In this document: one piece after another, positions 9,826 to 19,778 of the stretch | Layout of the letters: each line of letters opens with the position of its first letter | How positions within the stretch are numbered: the first letter of the stretch is position 1 | NCBI GenBank assembly: GCA_965234725.1 | Contig: CBDDUX010000038.1 | Location: forward strand, 8,257-72,256 | DNA length: 64,000 bases | DNA from: Thermoplasmatota archaeon | GTDB lineage: Archaea > Thermoplasmatota > Penumbrarchaeia > Penumbrarchaeales > Penumbrarchaeaceae | Reading direction: 5' to 3' | Made by a program: the position numbers and the translations under genes | Notes under the pieces: model-generated | The model's database searches: none | Seen by the model: the letters and a program-made list of their open reading frames with translations, nothing else | Told to the model about the DNA's origin: nothing

Positions 9826-11049
9826 TCATTCATTTTCGCAAGACATTTCCTTCACTGCTGATGCGACGTTCTTTGCAAGCTCGACGAGTCTGTCCAGGTC
9901 CTCCGAGGTTGGCGCCCCCATTGCTTCAACAACGGGTGTGACGAATTTACAGGTCGATGCCTTTCCGAATTCCTCCAACGCTTTCACTCCGCCTCCACCC
10001 CATCCGCAGGAACCGAATACACCCAGAACGTGATTCTTTATCCTGGATTTCTCAAGAAAATGGACCAATTCATCTATGGGTGGAAACATACCTGTGTTGT
10101 AAGTGGGTGTCCCGATGATTATTCCGGCGTTTGTCCATGCATCGTTCACAAGATAGGAAAGATGTGATTTGGATGCATCATGGACCCTTATCTTCTCTAT
10201 GCCTTCTTCCGCAAGGGTCCTTGCAACGACCTCTGCCATCTTTTTGGTATTCCCATACATTGAGCCGTAGATCACCACGACCCCCGTTTCGGTCTCCATT
10301 GAAGAGAGCCTGTCATAGTAATCAATGATATATTTCGGATCTTCTCTCCATATCGGCCCATGTGTGGAGCATATGGCCTTCACCTCCAGACCGGATAGCT
10401 TCTTCAATGCTGCCTGGACCATCTGACTGTATTTTGCAACGATATTGGTATAATACCTGGAGATCTCGGCCTCGTAATATCTCTTGATATCGATCTCATC
10501 ATCAAATATCCCGCCATCCAAGGCCCCGAATCCTCCAAAAGCGTCTCCGGAGAAGAGAATATGGTCCTTCTCATCATAGGTCATCATGGTCTCTGGCCAA
10601 TGCACCATCGGGGTCATGTAGAATTTGAGCTTCCTCCCCCCGAGATCGATCCCATCCCCTTCGCCAACAAGGTGAATATTCTCGGTGATACCGTAGAAGT
10701 TCTCCAGGAACTTGGCTGTTTTCTTGTTCCCTACAAGCTTAATATCCGGATACTTGGAGATAATAGCCTTGATGGAACCGGAATGGTCGGGTTCCATGTG
10801 GTTTATAACGAGATAATCTATCTTCTTTCCATTACCCATCAATTCCTGGATCTTGTCCAGATATGGGGATGTAACTGTGAATTTTACGGTGTCTATCAAG
10901 GCGACCTTCTCATCCATGATGAGGTAAGAATTATAGGAAACACCCTTGGGCAGAGGCCATAGGGATTCGAATAGGTGTGTTTCCCTGTCGTTGACTCCGA
11001 TCCAGTATACTCCATCTACGATTCGTACAGGGTCTTCCATTAAGTCCAT
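9826..11049 (-). CDS. fprA: Flavodiiron protein (A-type flavoprotein)
   Basis: HMEPDH, MVHWPE, FSGDAFG metallo-beta-lactamase domain plus flavodoxin domain (SMYGNT, GTPTYN). Confidence 0.93.
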   Translation of the reverse strand: MDLMEDPVRIVDGVYWIGVNDRETHLFESLWPLPKGVSYNSYLIMDEKVALIDTVKFTVTSPYLDKIQELMGNGKKIDYLVINHMEPDHSGSIKAIISKYPDIKLVGNKKTAKFLENFYGITENIHLVGEGDGIDLGGRKLKFYMTPMVHWPETMMTYDEKDHILFSGDAFGGFGALDGGIFDDEIDIKRYYEAEISRYYTNIVAKYSQMVQAALKKLSGLEVKAICSTHGPIWREDPKYIIDYYDRLSSMETETGVVVIYGSMYGNTKKMAEVVARTLAEEGIEKIRVHDASKSHLSYLVNDAWTNAGIIIGTPTYNTGMFPPIDELVHFLEKSRIKNHVLGVFGSCGWGGGGVKALEEFGKASTCKFVTPVVEAMGAPTSEDLDRLVELAKNVASAVKEMSCENE

Positions 11050-11174
11050 CTCCTGGATGAATTTTGGAACGACGTTTGATACTTAAACATTTCACATTGA
11101 TTGTACTGATAATGTCTTTTCACAACTTTTAAGAACAAGAACTCTATTGGCCGCTGAACAGGAGGACCTTTTAA

Positions 11175-11342
11175 ATGTCTGTTGAAGAAAAATGCTCATC
11201 CTGCGGCATTCCGTTGAAGAGAGAAAAGTCGGTTGGCTTCAAATGCCCGTCATGCGGTGTAGGATTCATCGGTCGATGCTCTAACTGTAGAGACCAGTCA
11301 GCCATATATGTGTGCAAGAACTGTGGTTTCGAGGGTCCTTGA
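11175..11342 (+). CDS. Small Zn-ribbon protein (DUF1610 / HVO_2753 family), 55 aa
   Basis: Not in the ORF track; manual translation MSVEEKCSSCGIPL...FKCPSCG...RCSNCR...YVCKNCGFEGP with four CxxC; GGAGG RBS; usual position upstream of EF-1beta. Confidence 0.9.
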   Translation: MSVEEKCSSCGIPLKREKSVGFKCPSCGVGFIGRCSNCRDQSAIYVCKNCGFEGP

Positions 11343-11354
11343 GGAGTGATTTCC

Positions 11355-11621
11355 ATGGGAGACGTTCTTATCAGGTACAAGGTCATGCCCGAGGGACCGG
11401 AAGTTGACCTTGAGGAGATAGCCAGGAAATTCAAGGAATATGTTCCGGACCATGGCAGGATATCCTCTTCTGAAGTGAAACCCGCTTTTTTCGGTATGAA
11501 TATGTTGGAATGGGCAGTGGTCCTCGATGACAAGATCGGCGGGGGAGAAGAACTCGAAGAGAAGATGAGGGGTACAGAGGGAGTCAGTTCCCTTGAGATC
11601 CTGGAAATGGGGCTCCTTTGA
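11355..11621 (+). CDS. ef1b: Elongation factor 1-beta
   Basis: MGDVLIRYKVMPEGPEVDLEE...PAFFG; archaeal synteny. Confidence 0.92.
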   Translation: MGDVLIRYKVMPEGPEVDLEEIARKFKEYVPDHGRISSSEVKPAFFGMNMLEWAVVLDDKIGGGEELEEKMRGTEGVSSLEILEMGLL

Positions 11622-11989
11622 TCATGATCCTTATCGAGGGAAGGGTTGCGATCCATCCAACTGAGGATCCGGATAGGGTCAGATCCTCCGTTTTGAATAT
11701 CTTTCCTGATTCAAGCATTCGGGAGATCGATGATCATCTACTGTTCACATCAAAAGAAATCGATACTTTCGCTGAGATAATCAGGGACCATTCCATCAGG
11801 GATACTGCATCGATGGTCTTGGAGAGAGCCAGGATCGAGGATGCCACATCTTTTTACCTCAACAAGCAGGCCGCATTCATGGGTGTTGTTAATTTCACTG
11901 AAGGTGAATCCACTTTGGGTGATATTGAGGTTCAGGTGAAGGAAGGGGCCAGAGAGTTCATAGAGTCAATAAGACCCGGTCTAATTTAG
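11618..11989 (+). CDS. UPF0201 / DUF54 putative RNA-binding protein
   Basis: 'HPTEDPDRV...NIFP', 'IRDTA', 'LNKQAAFMG'. Confidence 0.85.
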   Translation: MIMILIEGRVAIHPTEDPDRVRSSVLNIFPDSSIREIDDHLLFTSKEIDTFAEIIRDHSIRDTASMVLERARIEDATSFYLNKQAAFMGVVNFTEGESTLGDIEVQVKEGAREFIESIRPGLI

Positions 11990-12039
11990 GACATGTCAGT
12001 TCAACACCACTTATATACTCTCCAGGACAATCGACCATT

Positions 12040-13740
12040 ATGGCAGCCAAGATTACGATCATTACTGCTGCAGTTCTTATCTTGTCTTTATCATTGCTAC
12101 TATTCTCACAAAAGGAATCCTTTACAGCCTCTGCCATACCACAGATAGTGGATATTGAACAGGAACTCGCATTCATTTCGGTTTCGGAAGATGAGACCGG
12201 GTCGCTGGAATTGAACGTAACCATACGATCCCCATCCAACCAGAATATCATACTAAACATCGCATCGGAATTGAAGGGGGCTCCTTTCTGGACCGTCGAG
12301 CATATAAAAAGCATCTATCTTGAACCATTCGAGGAATGGAAATTCAAGGTCACTGTCACTGCTCCTGCCGGTGAAAGGGCAGACAAAGAGGTTGACCTAA
12401 TGATGTCAGTTTCCTCAGACAGCGGTCTTGTAACTGGTGAGGATTCCTGCAGATTGAAAGTGCTTCCGTTCCTTTCTACAGAGGTCTCCTCCCAGGTCGA
12501 CTATCTCCTGGAAAGACCACTCAGCGGTTCATTCCCACTCATCATCAAGAACAATGGAAATACAGTATCTCCTGTGGGACTGACCTGGGATGGTGAGATC
12601 GAACTGACCTCCGGTGGAAGCATCATGCTCGACCCGGGTGAAAAGACCACCCTGAACATCGATTACGACATACCAGACGATCTATCGGATACAACGATCT
12701 CCATCACTTCGTTTTCGGGAACGACATCGGGAAACGGAATGGATGTAAGTTTCATTTTGGAAAGGCCATTTGTCCATATCCTATTCAAAAAAGGACCTTT
12801 CCTTGTCCTCCTTCCTGGTATCCTGGAAAAGGATTCCGTCAAGGTACTCTGCATCGGGGGAGAACTGACCAATGTCGGGATAGAAGTGGTGGATCCTGAT
12901 CCGGACCATAGTGTGGTAACCGAGAAGGGAGTGAACCTCGATCATCTCGAAAGAGAGGACCTCACACTCTCTGGGAAAGACTATTCCGGGACCAAACTCT
13001 TAACGGTAGAAGCTTACGGGTTCTGGGGGGAACAGAGGATAACCTCCAATATCCTCAAGGTACCTGTCACGGGTGAGGATGATAGAAGGGATGGCATTCC
13101 TACAGCGATGATATTGTATGCCGGCGGAGGAACCGCGGCGATCGGTGCCACACTTGCCGGGACCATTGCCTATCTGTATACGGCTTCCGAGATCTTCAGG
13201 TACAGATGGCTCCTGATAGCTTTCATACCCCTTTATTCAACGATTCATGGGGAGAAGGTCCTTGACCATTTCTTCCGCGGCAGGTTGTTCGAGTTCATCA
13301 AAGAGCATCCTGGTGTAACCTTCACTGCTCTGAAGGACCATTTCGAGGTGAACAATGGAACCCTGACCTATCACCTCCACAAGCTGGAAAGGGAAGAGCT
13401 TATTGTCTACAGGAACTATGGAAAATACAAGCTCTTCTATGCTGACGGGGTGAGGATCAAAGGGGTGGAAGCCGTGATCTCCCCTATTGACAAGGAGATA
13501 TTCGACCTTGTTACTGACAACCCGGGGATCTCATCCGGAGCGATCATCAGCAATCTAACATCCGAGAGATCTGCAAGAACGATCTCCAGGCATCTCAAAC
13601 AGCTGGAAAGAAAAGGATTCGTCACATCGGAGAGAAGGGATGGGAGGAGGGTTTTCTTCATTTCTTCTGACCTTGAACGGGTCCTGATGCCCGGAAGAGG
13701 AGTCATCGAGGTGTCAGAAATAGCAGGTCTGGACATATGA
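12040..13740 (+). CDS. Membrane-anchored protein with extracellular Ig-like region and cytoplasmic tandem winged-HTH
   Basis: Signal peptide, TM, then 'LDHFFRGRLFEFIKEHPG...GTLTYHLHKLE' and a second HTH ('RTISRHLKQLERKG'). Confidence 0.8.
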   Translation: MAAKITIITAAVLILSLSLLLFSQKESFTASAIPQIVDIEQELAFISVSEDETGSLELNVTIRSPSNQNIILNIASELKGAPFWTVEHIKSIYLEPFEEWKFKVTVTAPAGERADKEVDLMMSVSSDSGLVTGEDSCRLKVLPFLSTEVSSQVDYLLERPLSGSFPLIIKNNGNTVSPVGLTWDGEIELTSGGSIMLDPGEKTTLNIDYDIPDDLSDTTISITSFSGTTSGNGMDVSFILERPFVHILFKKGPFLVLLPGILEKDSVKVLCIGGELTNVGIEVVDPDPDHSVVTEKGVNLDHLEREDLTLSGKDYSGTKLLTVEAYGFWGEQRITSNILKVPVTGEDDRRDGIPTAMILYAGGGTAAIGATLAGTIAYLYTASEIFRYRWLLIAFIPLYSTIHGEKVLDHFFRGRLFEFIKEHPGVTFTALKDHFEVNNGTLTYHLHKLEREELIVYRNYGKYKLFYADGVRIKGVEAVISPIDKEIFDLVTDNPGISSGAIISNLTSERSARTISRHLKQLERKGFVTSERRDGRRVFFISSDLERVLMPGRGVIEVSEIAGLDI

Positions 13741-13807
13741 AACTTTACGGTCTTTGACCATAGACAATTTAAAATAAGAAGTCATTATTCATCGCAACCT
13801 ACCCTGT

Positions 13808-13881
13808 GCCGCAGTAGCTTAGCAGGTTAGAGCGTACGGCTGTTAACCGTAAGGTCGTCGGTTCGAATCCGCCCTGCGGCG
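13808..13881 (+). tRNA. tRNA-Asn (GTT)
   Basis: Cloverleaf: GCCGCAG/CTGCGGC acceptor stem, TACGG-CTGTTAA-CCGTA anticodon arm, GTTCGAATC T-loop; CCA not encoded; T-run downstream. Confidence 0.97.
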
Positions 13882-13928
13882 CTTTTTACATCAACATATT
13901 ATTTGAACAATGAAGTTGGGACAATAAT

Positions 13929-15758
13929 TCATCTATTCCAATTGACGGGTTTTTTGGGGATCCTCATCAGGAATATTGTTCCATGTGATACATCATCCTT
14001 GATCCACACATCCCCGCCATATCTCTCAACTACCTTTTTCACGATATACAATCCTAATCCGGTTCCCCTGTTCTCACCGAAAGAGAAGCTCTCTTCGAAA
14101 ACCATATCCCTGATGTCCTCTGGAATCCCTTTCCCATTATCTGCGAAGGATATCAGGACATTCCCATCCTCCTCGACTATCTCCACATTCATTCTGTCCG
14201 CACCACCATGGAACATTGCATTTCCGATGATATTTTCCACAACAGAATCGAAGGCTGAATCAACCAGGACCGATGAATCTCCCTCGATACTGTACTTCAA
14301 AGGAAAATCAGCGAGGATCTCTTCGATGGTATCCCTGAGGGAGATCTCTTTCTTTTCTTGACCCGAAACCATCAGGTTCTCCAGCTGGTTCATACGCTTT
14401 GTGATATCGATCGATTTCCTCACGGATTTGAAGGCCTCCTCGATAAGGATAGGATCCAATGTCGATCCCTGCCTCAACATATCAAGGATCCCGAATGCTA
14501 TTGTCAAACGATTCCTGATATCGTGACGGGTTATCCTTGCTATCAATCTTAAAATCTCATTCAGATCGATGAGTTCTTCTTGTGCTCTCTTCAAAGTAGA
14601 AACATCCCACGATACAACACTGATAACATTCCTTTCATTGTATTCGATGAGACTTGCGGAAACCTCCACATCAATTGTCTTTCCTTCCTTTGTTCTGTAT
14701 ATTCTTGGTCCTACAAATCCATACTGCCTGGATGGAAGTTCTTCTATCTTGATATTGACATCATCCTTCGAATGGTCAATGAAATCATAGGGTGTCATCC
14801 CCTTCAGTTCCTCACCGGAATATCCCAGGAGGTCCTGCAATGTGGTATTGCTCTCTATTATCCTCATGGTCTCCTGATCCACAAGGTAGATATTATTGGG
14901 ACTGTGCTCCAAGACCGCCATATATTTCTGTTCACTACCCTTTAAGTTCAAAAGTGCCCGATTTTTCTCCGTAACATCCATATGGATCCCGGAGATGTAA
15001 AGGGGCTTTCCATTCTCATCCCATTCCTGTATCTGTCCCAGATCCAGAAACCATTTCCATGAACCATCCTTACATCTCAACCTGTATTCAACTGTGAAAT
15101 TCTCCGACCTCCCCTCAAGATGATCGGATTTCCTCCTGTTGAATTCCTCGACATCATCGGGGTGAATGCTATCTTTCCAGGTTTCAGAGGTAAATTCTCT
15201 CTCACCTGGTTCGTAACCAAGAAGTGTTGACCATTTCTCATCGAATTCTATTCTCATATTCACGAGGTCCCATTCCCAGATCGCAATGTTCGCACCTCTG
15301 TAGGCCAGGTCCAGTTTCTTTTCGCTCAGGGATAGGTTTTCCTGGATTCTTTTCATCTCGGATATATCAAGTGCGGTGATCAGCAGATATTGAATCCCTT
15401 CCAAGTTTACAAGGTCGGCATCGATCCTTAGTATCCTTGTTTCTCCATCCTTTCTGAATACCGGGATCTCTATCGGTTGTTCGGTATCGGGATCCTTCAA
15501 TAATCTTGCTGCAGCCTCCAGGACCTCTTCCATATGCTCTTCATCGGTGAGTTCCCAGAAATCCATACCTCTGAGTTCTTCAAGAGAAAAACCGGTATAT
15601 TCAAGGACTTTGGGATTGGCATAGATGATCTTTGTATCCTTGACAATTGCCATCCCGTGTCTGGTCTTGTCAAGAAATAACCTGATCACTTCCGAAATTT
15701 CGGCCTCGGTATCAGACATCCCATCAAGAGAATTATCATTCTCTAACCTTGAAGGCAT
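13929..15758 (-). CDS. PAS-domain sensor histidine kinase (three PAS/PAC, soluble)
   Basis: PAS repeats, H-box 'RHDIRNRL', N-box 'NIIGNA', 'DNGKGI', 'GTGLGL'. Confidence 0.92.
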   Translation of the reverse strand: MPSRLENDNSLDGMSDTEAEISEVIRLFLDKTRHGMAIVKDTKIIYANPKVLEYTGFSLEELRGMDFWELTDEEHMEEVLEAAARLLKDPDTEQPIEIPVFRKDGETRILRIDADLVNLEGIQYLLITALDISEMKRIQENLSLSEKKLDLAYRGANIAIWEWDLVNMRIEFDEKWSTLLGYEPGEREFTSETWKDSIHPDDVEEFNRRKSDHLEGRSENFTVEYRLRCKDGSWKWFLDLGQIQEWDENGKPLYISGIHMDVTEKNRALLNLKGSEQKYMAVLEHSPNNIYLVDQETMRIIESNTTLQDLLGYSGEELKGMTPYDFIDHSKDDVNIKIEELPSRQYGFVGPRIYRTKEGKTIDVEVSASLIEYNERNVISVVSWDVSTLKRAQEELIDLNEILRLIARITRHDIRNRLTIAFGILDMLRQGSTLDPILIEEAFKSVRKSIDITKRMNQLENLMVSGQEKKEISLRDTIEEILADFPLKYSIEGDSSVLVDSAFDSVVENIIGNAMFHGGADRMNVEIVEEDGNVLISFADNGKGIPEDIRDMVFEESFSFGENRGTGLGLYIVKKVVERYGGDVWIKDDVSHGTIFLMRIPKKPVNWNR

Positions 15759-15877
15759 CGAAGGTGACCCCTATTCGTATCATGAAAAACCATTGGATCT
15801 CCTTAATATGTTTTCCACCATGGTATCAAATCAGGTTACCCAGTCTCCGGGTTTCCTTCTGAAGGATATCGAAATAC

Positions 15878-16528
15878 TCATACCTTCTTGATAAGGTCAA
15901 GGATCATCTTCTCGGGGGCGGCCCCTTCCTGATGATGAGCCTCATTTATTACCGTTCGAGGAACGCCCATTACCTTGTATTTTTGTGAAAGGTCCGGGAA
16001 TTCCTGTGCTTCCACCATATCAGCTGTGATCCTGTCATTTAAAATTGCCATGTGATGAGCAAGAACAACTGCCCGAGGACAGTATGGACATGTCGGTGTT
16101 ACGAAAACCTGTAAATGAATATCCTTTTCCAGATTCTTGAGGTATTCCTGTCCTTCCTCGGAGATACCAACGATACCTCTTGAGATTGTCAAGATCGAAT
16201 CCAGTAGAGATGTGAACTCGTATCCAGCCGGAATTCCAAAGAACCTGATACCAAGATATTTTCCATTCCTATCCGATCCTTTAAGAGGAACGATCGCCGG
16301 GACCTTGTCAACTCCATAGGTTTCCGATGTCACAGGATCCTCATCAGTATCTATCTCCTCGAAGGTTATCCCATCGCTCAGACCTGATAACTCCTCCACT
16401 ATCATCCTTGTATCATTGCACATGGAACAGTCTGTCTTTTTAGTGAATACCAAAATGTGGACTGGTTCATCCATCTCCAACAAAGATTCTCTCACCTTCT
16501 CAGCTGTCTCTTCGTCCATTAACGACAT
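15878..16528 (-). CDS. Protein disulfide oxidoreductase (PDO, two thioredoxin folds)
   Basis: CSMC and CPYC motifs, 'GIPAGYEFTSLL', 'VMGVP'. Confidence 0.9.
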   Translation of the reverse strand: MSLMDEETAEKVRESLLEMDEPVHILVFTKKTDCSMCNDTRMIVEELSGLSDGITFEEIDTDEDPVTSETYGVDKVPAIVPLKGSDRNGKYLGIRFFGIPAGYEFTSLLDSILTISRGIVGISEEGQEYLKNLEKDIHLQVFVTPTCPYCPRAVVLAHHMAILNDRITADMVEAQEFPDLSQKYKVMGVPRTVINEAHHQEGAAPEKMILDLIKKV

Positions 16529-16613
16529 ATATAGATCTCCTTGTTTCGACTAGGACTATTAAAAGGTGTTTAATAACGTTTGTGCATAAAATTCACATAA
16601 CCGATCGGTACGA

Positions 16614-17069
16614 TCAAGACCGTGACCACATATCGTCCGGGAGGTCCTCATATATCTCCTCCCCTCCGAGTCCCATATCCCCTTCCTGGCAGGTAAGATC
16701 TCCCGAGGTCAGGTCAGCGATATACTTCTTCTTCAGGGTCCAGTAATTTATCCTCCACTCCCTGCCATCATAAAGGGTCGTCTCTTCCCTCTCCGTCTTG
16801 AGGATCCCAAGGTCCTCAAGCATGTAGAATATATCCCTGTCATCGGTCTTTAGCATGTTGTCTATGATCCTTTCCCCGAATCCAAAAAAGTTGAGTACAT
16901 GCTCGGCCATTTCCTCAGCCACATCGCATTCTATCTTCTCTTCCTCGTTCTTCCTGCTGAATGAGGACTGAATAGCCCTTGACAGGACCAACCTTGAAAT
17001 TACATCATCCCTTCCACCTGGAAAGTAAGGTTTGCTTCCCTGGAGGGGTACATCATATATTATAGGCAT
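16614..17069 (-). CDS. DUF6015-family protein
   Basis: 'VLNFFGFGERIIDNML...DRDIFYMLED.G.L.TEREETTLYDGREWRI.YW', recognised as a Thermoplasmata-conserved motif. Confidence 0.75.
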   Translation of the reverse strand: MPIIYDVPLQGSKPYFPGGRDDVISRLVLSRAIQSSFSRKNEEEKIECDVAEEMAEHVLNFFGFGERIIDNMLKTDDRDIFYMLEDLGILKTEREETTLYDGREWRINYWTLKKKYIADLTSGDLTCQEGDMGLGGEEIYEDLPDDMWSRS

Positions 17070-17220
17070 TTAAGATCAGACCTGTAGAAACACAACTCCT
17101 ACCTTAAGTGTATTGTTTTGTTCCATATTTAATGTTCTCCTAATTCCATGTTGAAATTGTCTTTTTGTTACAATGTAACGGAAAAAGCTTTTACCATCAT
17201 CCATGGATGGTTTCCCGAGG

Positions 17221-18423
17221 ATGAGTGCAATGTCTGGTATTTCTGTATCAGAGCGTACTGTAAAGATAATTGTGATAACACTATCCATTGCGGGAGTGCT
17301 CGGTCTGGTAGTGCTTGCTCAATGGTCTGAAACTCCGCAGGTGAATATTTCTGAACTCCAGGACCATGAAGGAGAAACCGTCAGGTCATATGGATTGGTT
17401 ATAGGACAGGATCTTCTTTCTTCCGGAGCTTCCAGACTTCTGTTGGTGGATGGGAATGAGACAGCAGAAATATACATTGAAAGATCCTCCAATGAATATC
17501 CTTCGGGAACAAACATAAAGGTAAAAGGTGAGGTCTTCAGTTCTGATGGGAGCTTCTCGATAACAGTACAATCCGACAGTGGGATCCAGAAAATAGGTGA
17601 AATGGAGGAAATCGCATTTGGGAGGGATTCCATCACGGGCTCGATAGTCACTTTCCAGGGAAACCTTGTCAGCAAGGATTCAGGAGGGTGGAATGATGAG
17701 GAATGTATCATTATGGTGGAGGGAGATGATGGCCCGCTCTTTGTTGATGTTACCATATCCAGAGTAGATGAGGAATTCCACAACGGAGACCTCATTTCAT
17801 TTTCTGGATATCTTTGGGAGGGGGGAGATGTACTTTGTTACGGCGACTCATCCGCTGAGCTCATATACAGACCTGAATCGGCTACCAGTTCTCTGGTCGC
17901 TTTGATAGATAGACTGAAAGATGATCAAAATGACATACCCGCAGGAAAGATGAATATCCTCTCATATGTGAAGTATGAGCCTGTTTCAAAGAGTCTTTAT
18001 GTAAGTGACGAGGTGGAAGGATCCGCGATCTCCGTGAAGGTCATTCTTCCGGATCCGGATCCTCTGATCCATAAGGGAGATCTTATCGAGCTCATCAATA
18101 CTACAATACTTTGGGATCCTCAATCACTGAGATACGAATTCCATGCCGAGTGGGCTTCGGTAATAATGCCGTACGGTCCCTGGAGACTCGGACTGGATAA
18201 TCTGGACTTCGGGGTCTCATCCTATGAAAACACCGAAGTGATCCTGACAGGGGAGCCGGTATTGACAGGTGATGAACAATTTCTCTATAACGGTAATTCC
18301 AGGATCGAACTGAGATCCATTGATACCATCCCAATGGGAAGGGACATTGAACTGAGAGGATACATACGTTTTGACCCTCTGACCAATTCATTTTACCTGG
18401 AGGTTATGGAGGTCAATGGATGA
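17221..18423 (+). CDS. Membrane-anchored multi-OB-fold protein
   Basis: N-terminal TM then repeated OB-like beta units ('GETVRSYGLV', 'GTNIKVKGEV', 'GDLISFSG'); overlaps the next gene (ATGA); start could be 17203-17230. Confidence 0.65.
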   Translation: MSAMSGISVSERTVKIIVITLSIAGVLGLVVLAQWSETPQVNISELQDHEGETVRSYGLVIGQDLLSSGASRLLLVDGNETAEIYIERSSNEYPSGTNIKVKGEVFSSDGSFSITVQSDSGIQKIGEMEEIAFGRDSITGSIVTFQGNLVSKDSGGWNDEECIIMVEGDDGPLFVDVTISRVDEEFHNGDLISFSGYLWEGGDVLCYGDSSAELIYRPESATSSLVALIDRLKDDQNDIPAGKMNILSYVKYEPVSKSLYVSDEVEGSAISVKVILPDPDPLIHKGDLIELINTTILWDPQSLRYEFHAEWASVIMPYGPWRLGLDNLDFGVSSYENTEVILTGEPVLTGDEQFLYNGNSRIELRSIDTIPMGRDIELRGYIRFDPLTNSFYLEVMEVNG

Positions 18424-19778
18424 TAGAGACCATTCTATTGATCTCGATAACTGCTCTCCTTGGTACTTGCTTAGGTGTCCTGACCGGACTTATACCCGGT
18501 CTGCATGTGAACAATGTGGCGATCATTCTGCTTTCCATATCACCTCTGGCTGCTGAAGGATTGATGGACCTTCTCGGACTCGATCAGTATACGGTCCTTC
18601 TCATGGTATCTGCAGCGATCGTAGCAACCTCCATGGCCCATACATTCCTTGATTTCATACCTTCGACCTTCCTGGGCGCACCGGAACCGGAAACCGCTCT
18701 TTCGGTACTACCGGCACATGGAATGCTGATGGAGGGAAATGGGTTCAGGGCCGTATTCCTTTCAGCAGTTGGTAGTTTCGGAGCTGTTGTAGTCGGATGC
18801 CTTCTTCTGATACCTTACAGGCTCATGGTCAATGAACCGGTGAACGGTTATGCTGCCCTGAAGGAATACATGGTATGGGTCCTGATAGGTGTTGTTATCC
18901 TGATGCTTGTCACCGAAACATCGAAGATTCCCTATATTAGAAAAAAGGAGGAAGGAGGAGAGGTCAAATGGTCAGAAGGGAGATTCTCAAGGACTTTGGG
19001 CGTAGTACTTGCAATGTTCCTATTTCTGCTTTCAGGGATCCTTGGACTTGCTGCACTGGACCTGAAGGTCACATCTCCTTTCGGCCTTCCGGCAACAGTC
19101 CTGTTTCCACTATTATCCGGTCTTTTTGGAACTTCCACACTTATAGAGAGTCTCAGAGGAGGAGCGGAGGTGCCTGACCAGATCACAGAACAAGGGGAGG
19201 TCGATCTGACCGAGGCCGCTGGTTCTGTAACTTCCGGAGGGATAGCGGGTTCCGTAGTTGGATTCCTTCCGGGAATGAGCGGGGGAGTTGCCACGATAAT
19301 TGCAATGTTGTTCAGGAAGGACCCGTCACCTTCTTCGGTCATTTTGACGCTTTCAGCCATCAATACGGCCAATTCTTTCTTTGTTCTGTCCGCATTATTT
19401 CTCATTCTCAGACCGAGGTCCGGAGCTGCGATAGTGGTGAATGAACTGATCGATGCTACGGAATGGACCTCTCTTTCACCACCTATAGACCTGACACTCC
19501 TCATGATCTCGGCATTGATAGCTTCCACGCTTGGGTTCTTCCTAACCATCTTCCTCGGACGCAAACTGGCCAATCTTCTACCCAAGGTGCCTTATCATTT
19601 ACTTGTGAAGAGTATAATCGGTTTCATAATTACCATGGTCTTTGTCTTCACAGGACCTATCGGTTTATTTGCCCTTCTTGTGGCAACCGCGGTAGGAATG
19701 ATAGCCCCTTTGATCGGAATAAGGAGGTCGCATGCCATGGGAGTCCTTCTGCTGCCAGTTATCGTGATGCTCTGGTGA
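18420..19778 (+). CDS. Tripartite tricarboxylate transporter TctA family permease (archaeal DUF112 type)
   Basis: 'GLIPGLHVN', 'HTFLDFIPSTFLGAP', 'LSVLPAH', 'RRSHAMG'. Confidence 0.88.
   Translation: MIETILLISITALLGTCLGVLTGLIPGLHVNNVAIILLSISPLAAEGLMDLLGLDQYTVLLMVSAAIVATSMAHTFLDFIPSTFLGAPEPETALSVLPAHGMLMEGNGFRAVFLSAVGSFGAVVVGCLLLIPYRLMVNEPVNGYAALKEYMVWVLIGVVILMLVTETSKIPYIRKKEEGGEVKWSEGRFSRTLGVVLAMFLFLLSGILGLAALDLKVTSPFGLPATVLFPLLSGLFGTSTLIESLRGGAEVPDQITEQGEVDLTEAAGSVTSGGIAGSVVGFLPGMSGGVATIIAMLFRKDPSPSSVILTLSAINTANSFFVLSALFLILRPRSGAAIVVNELIDATEWTSLSPPIDLTLLMISALIASTLGFFLTIFLGRKLANLLPKVPYHLLVKSIIGFIITMVFVFTGPIGLFALLVATAVGMIAPLIGIRRSHAMGVLLLPVIVMLW

Noticed and set aside
13808..13930. tRNA-Asn as an integration site
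   Set aside because: No integrase and no duplicated tRNA 3' end seen in the window.
16567..16581. SurR-like GTT..AAC site upstream of PDO
   Set aside because: Spacing is N4 rather than N3 and the motif is too short to be significant.
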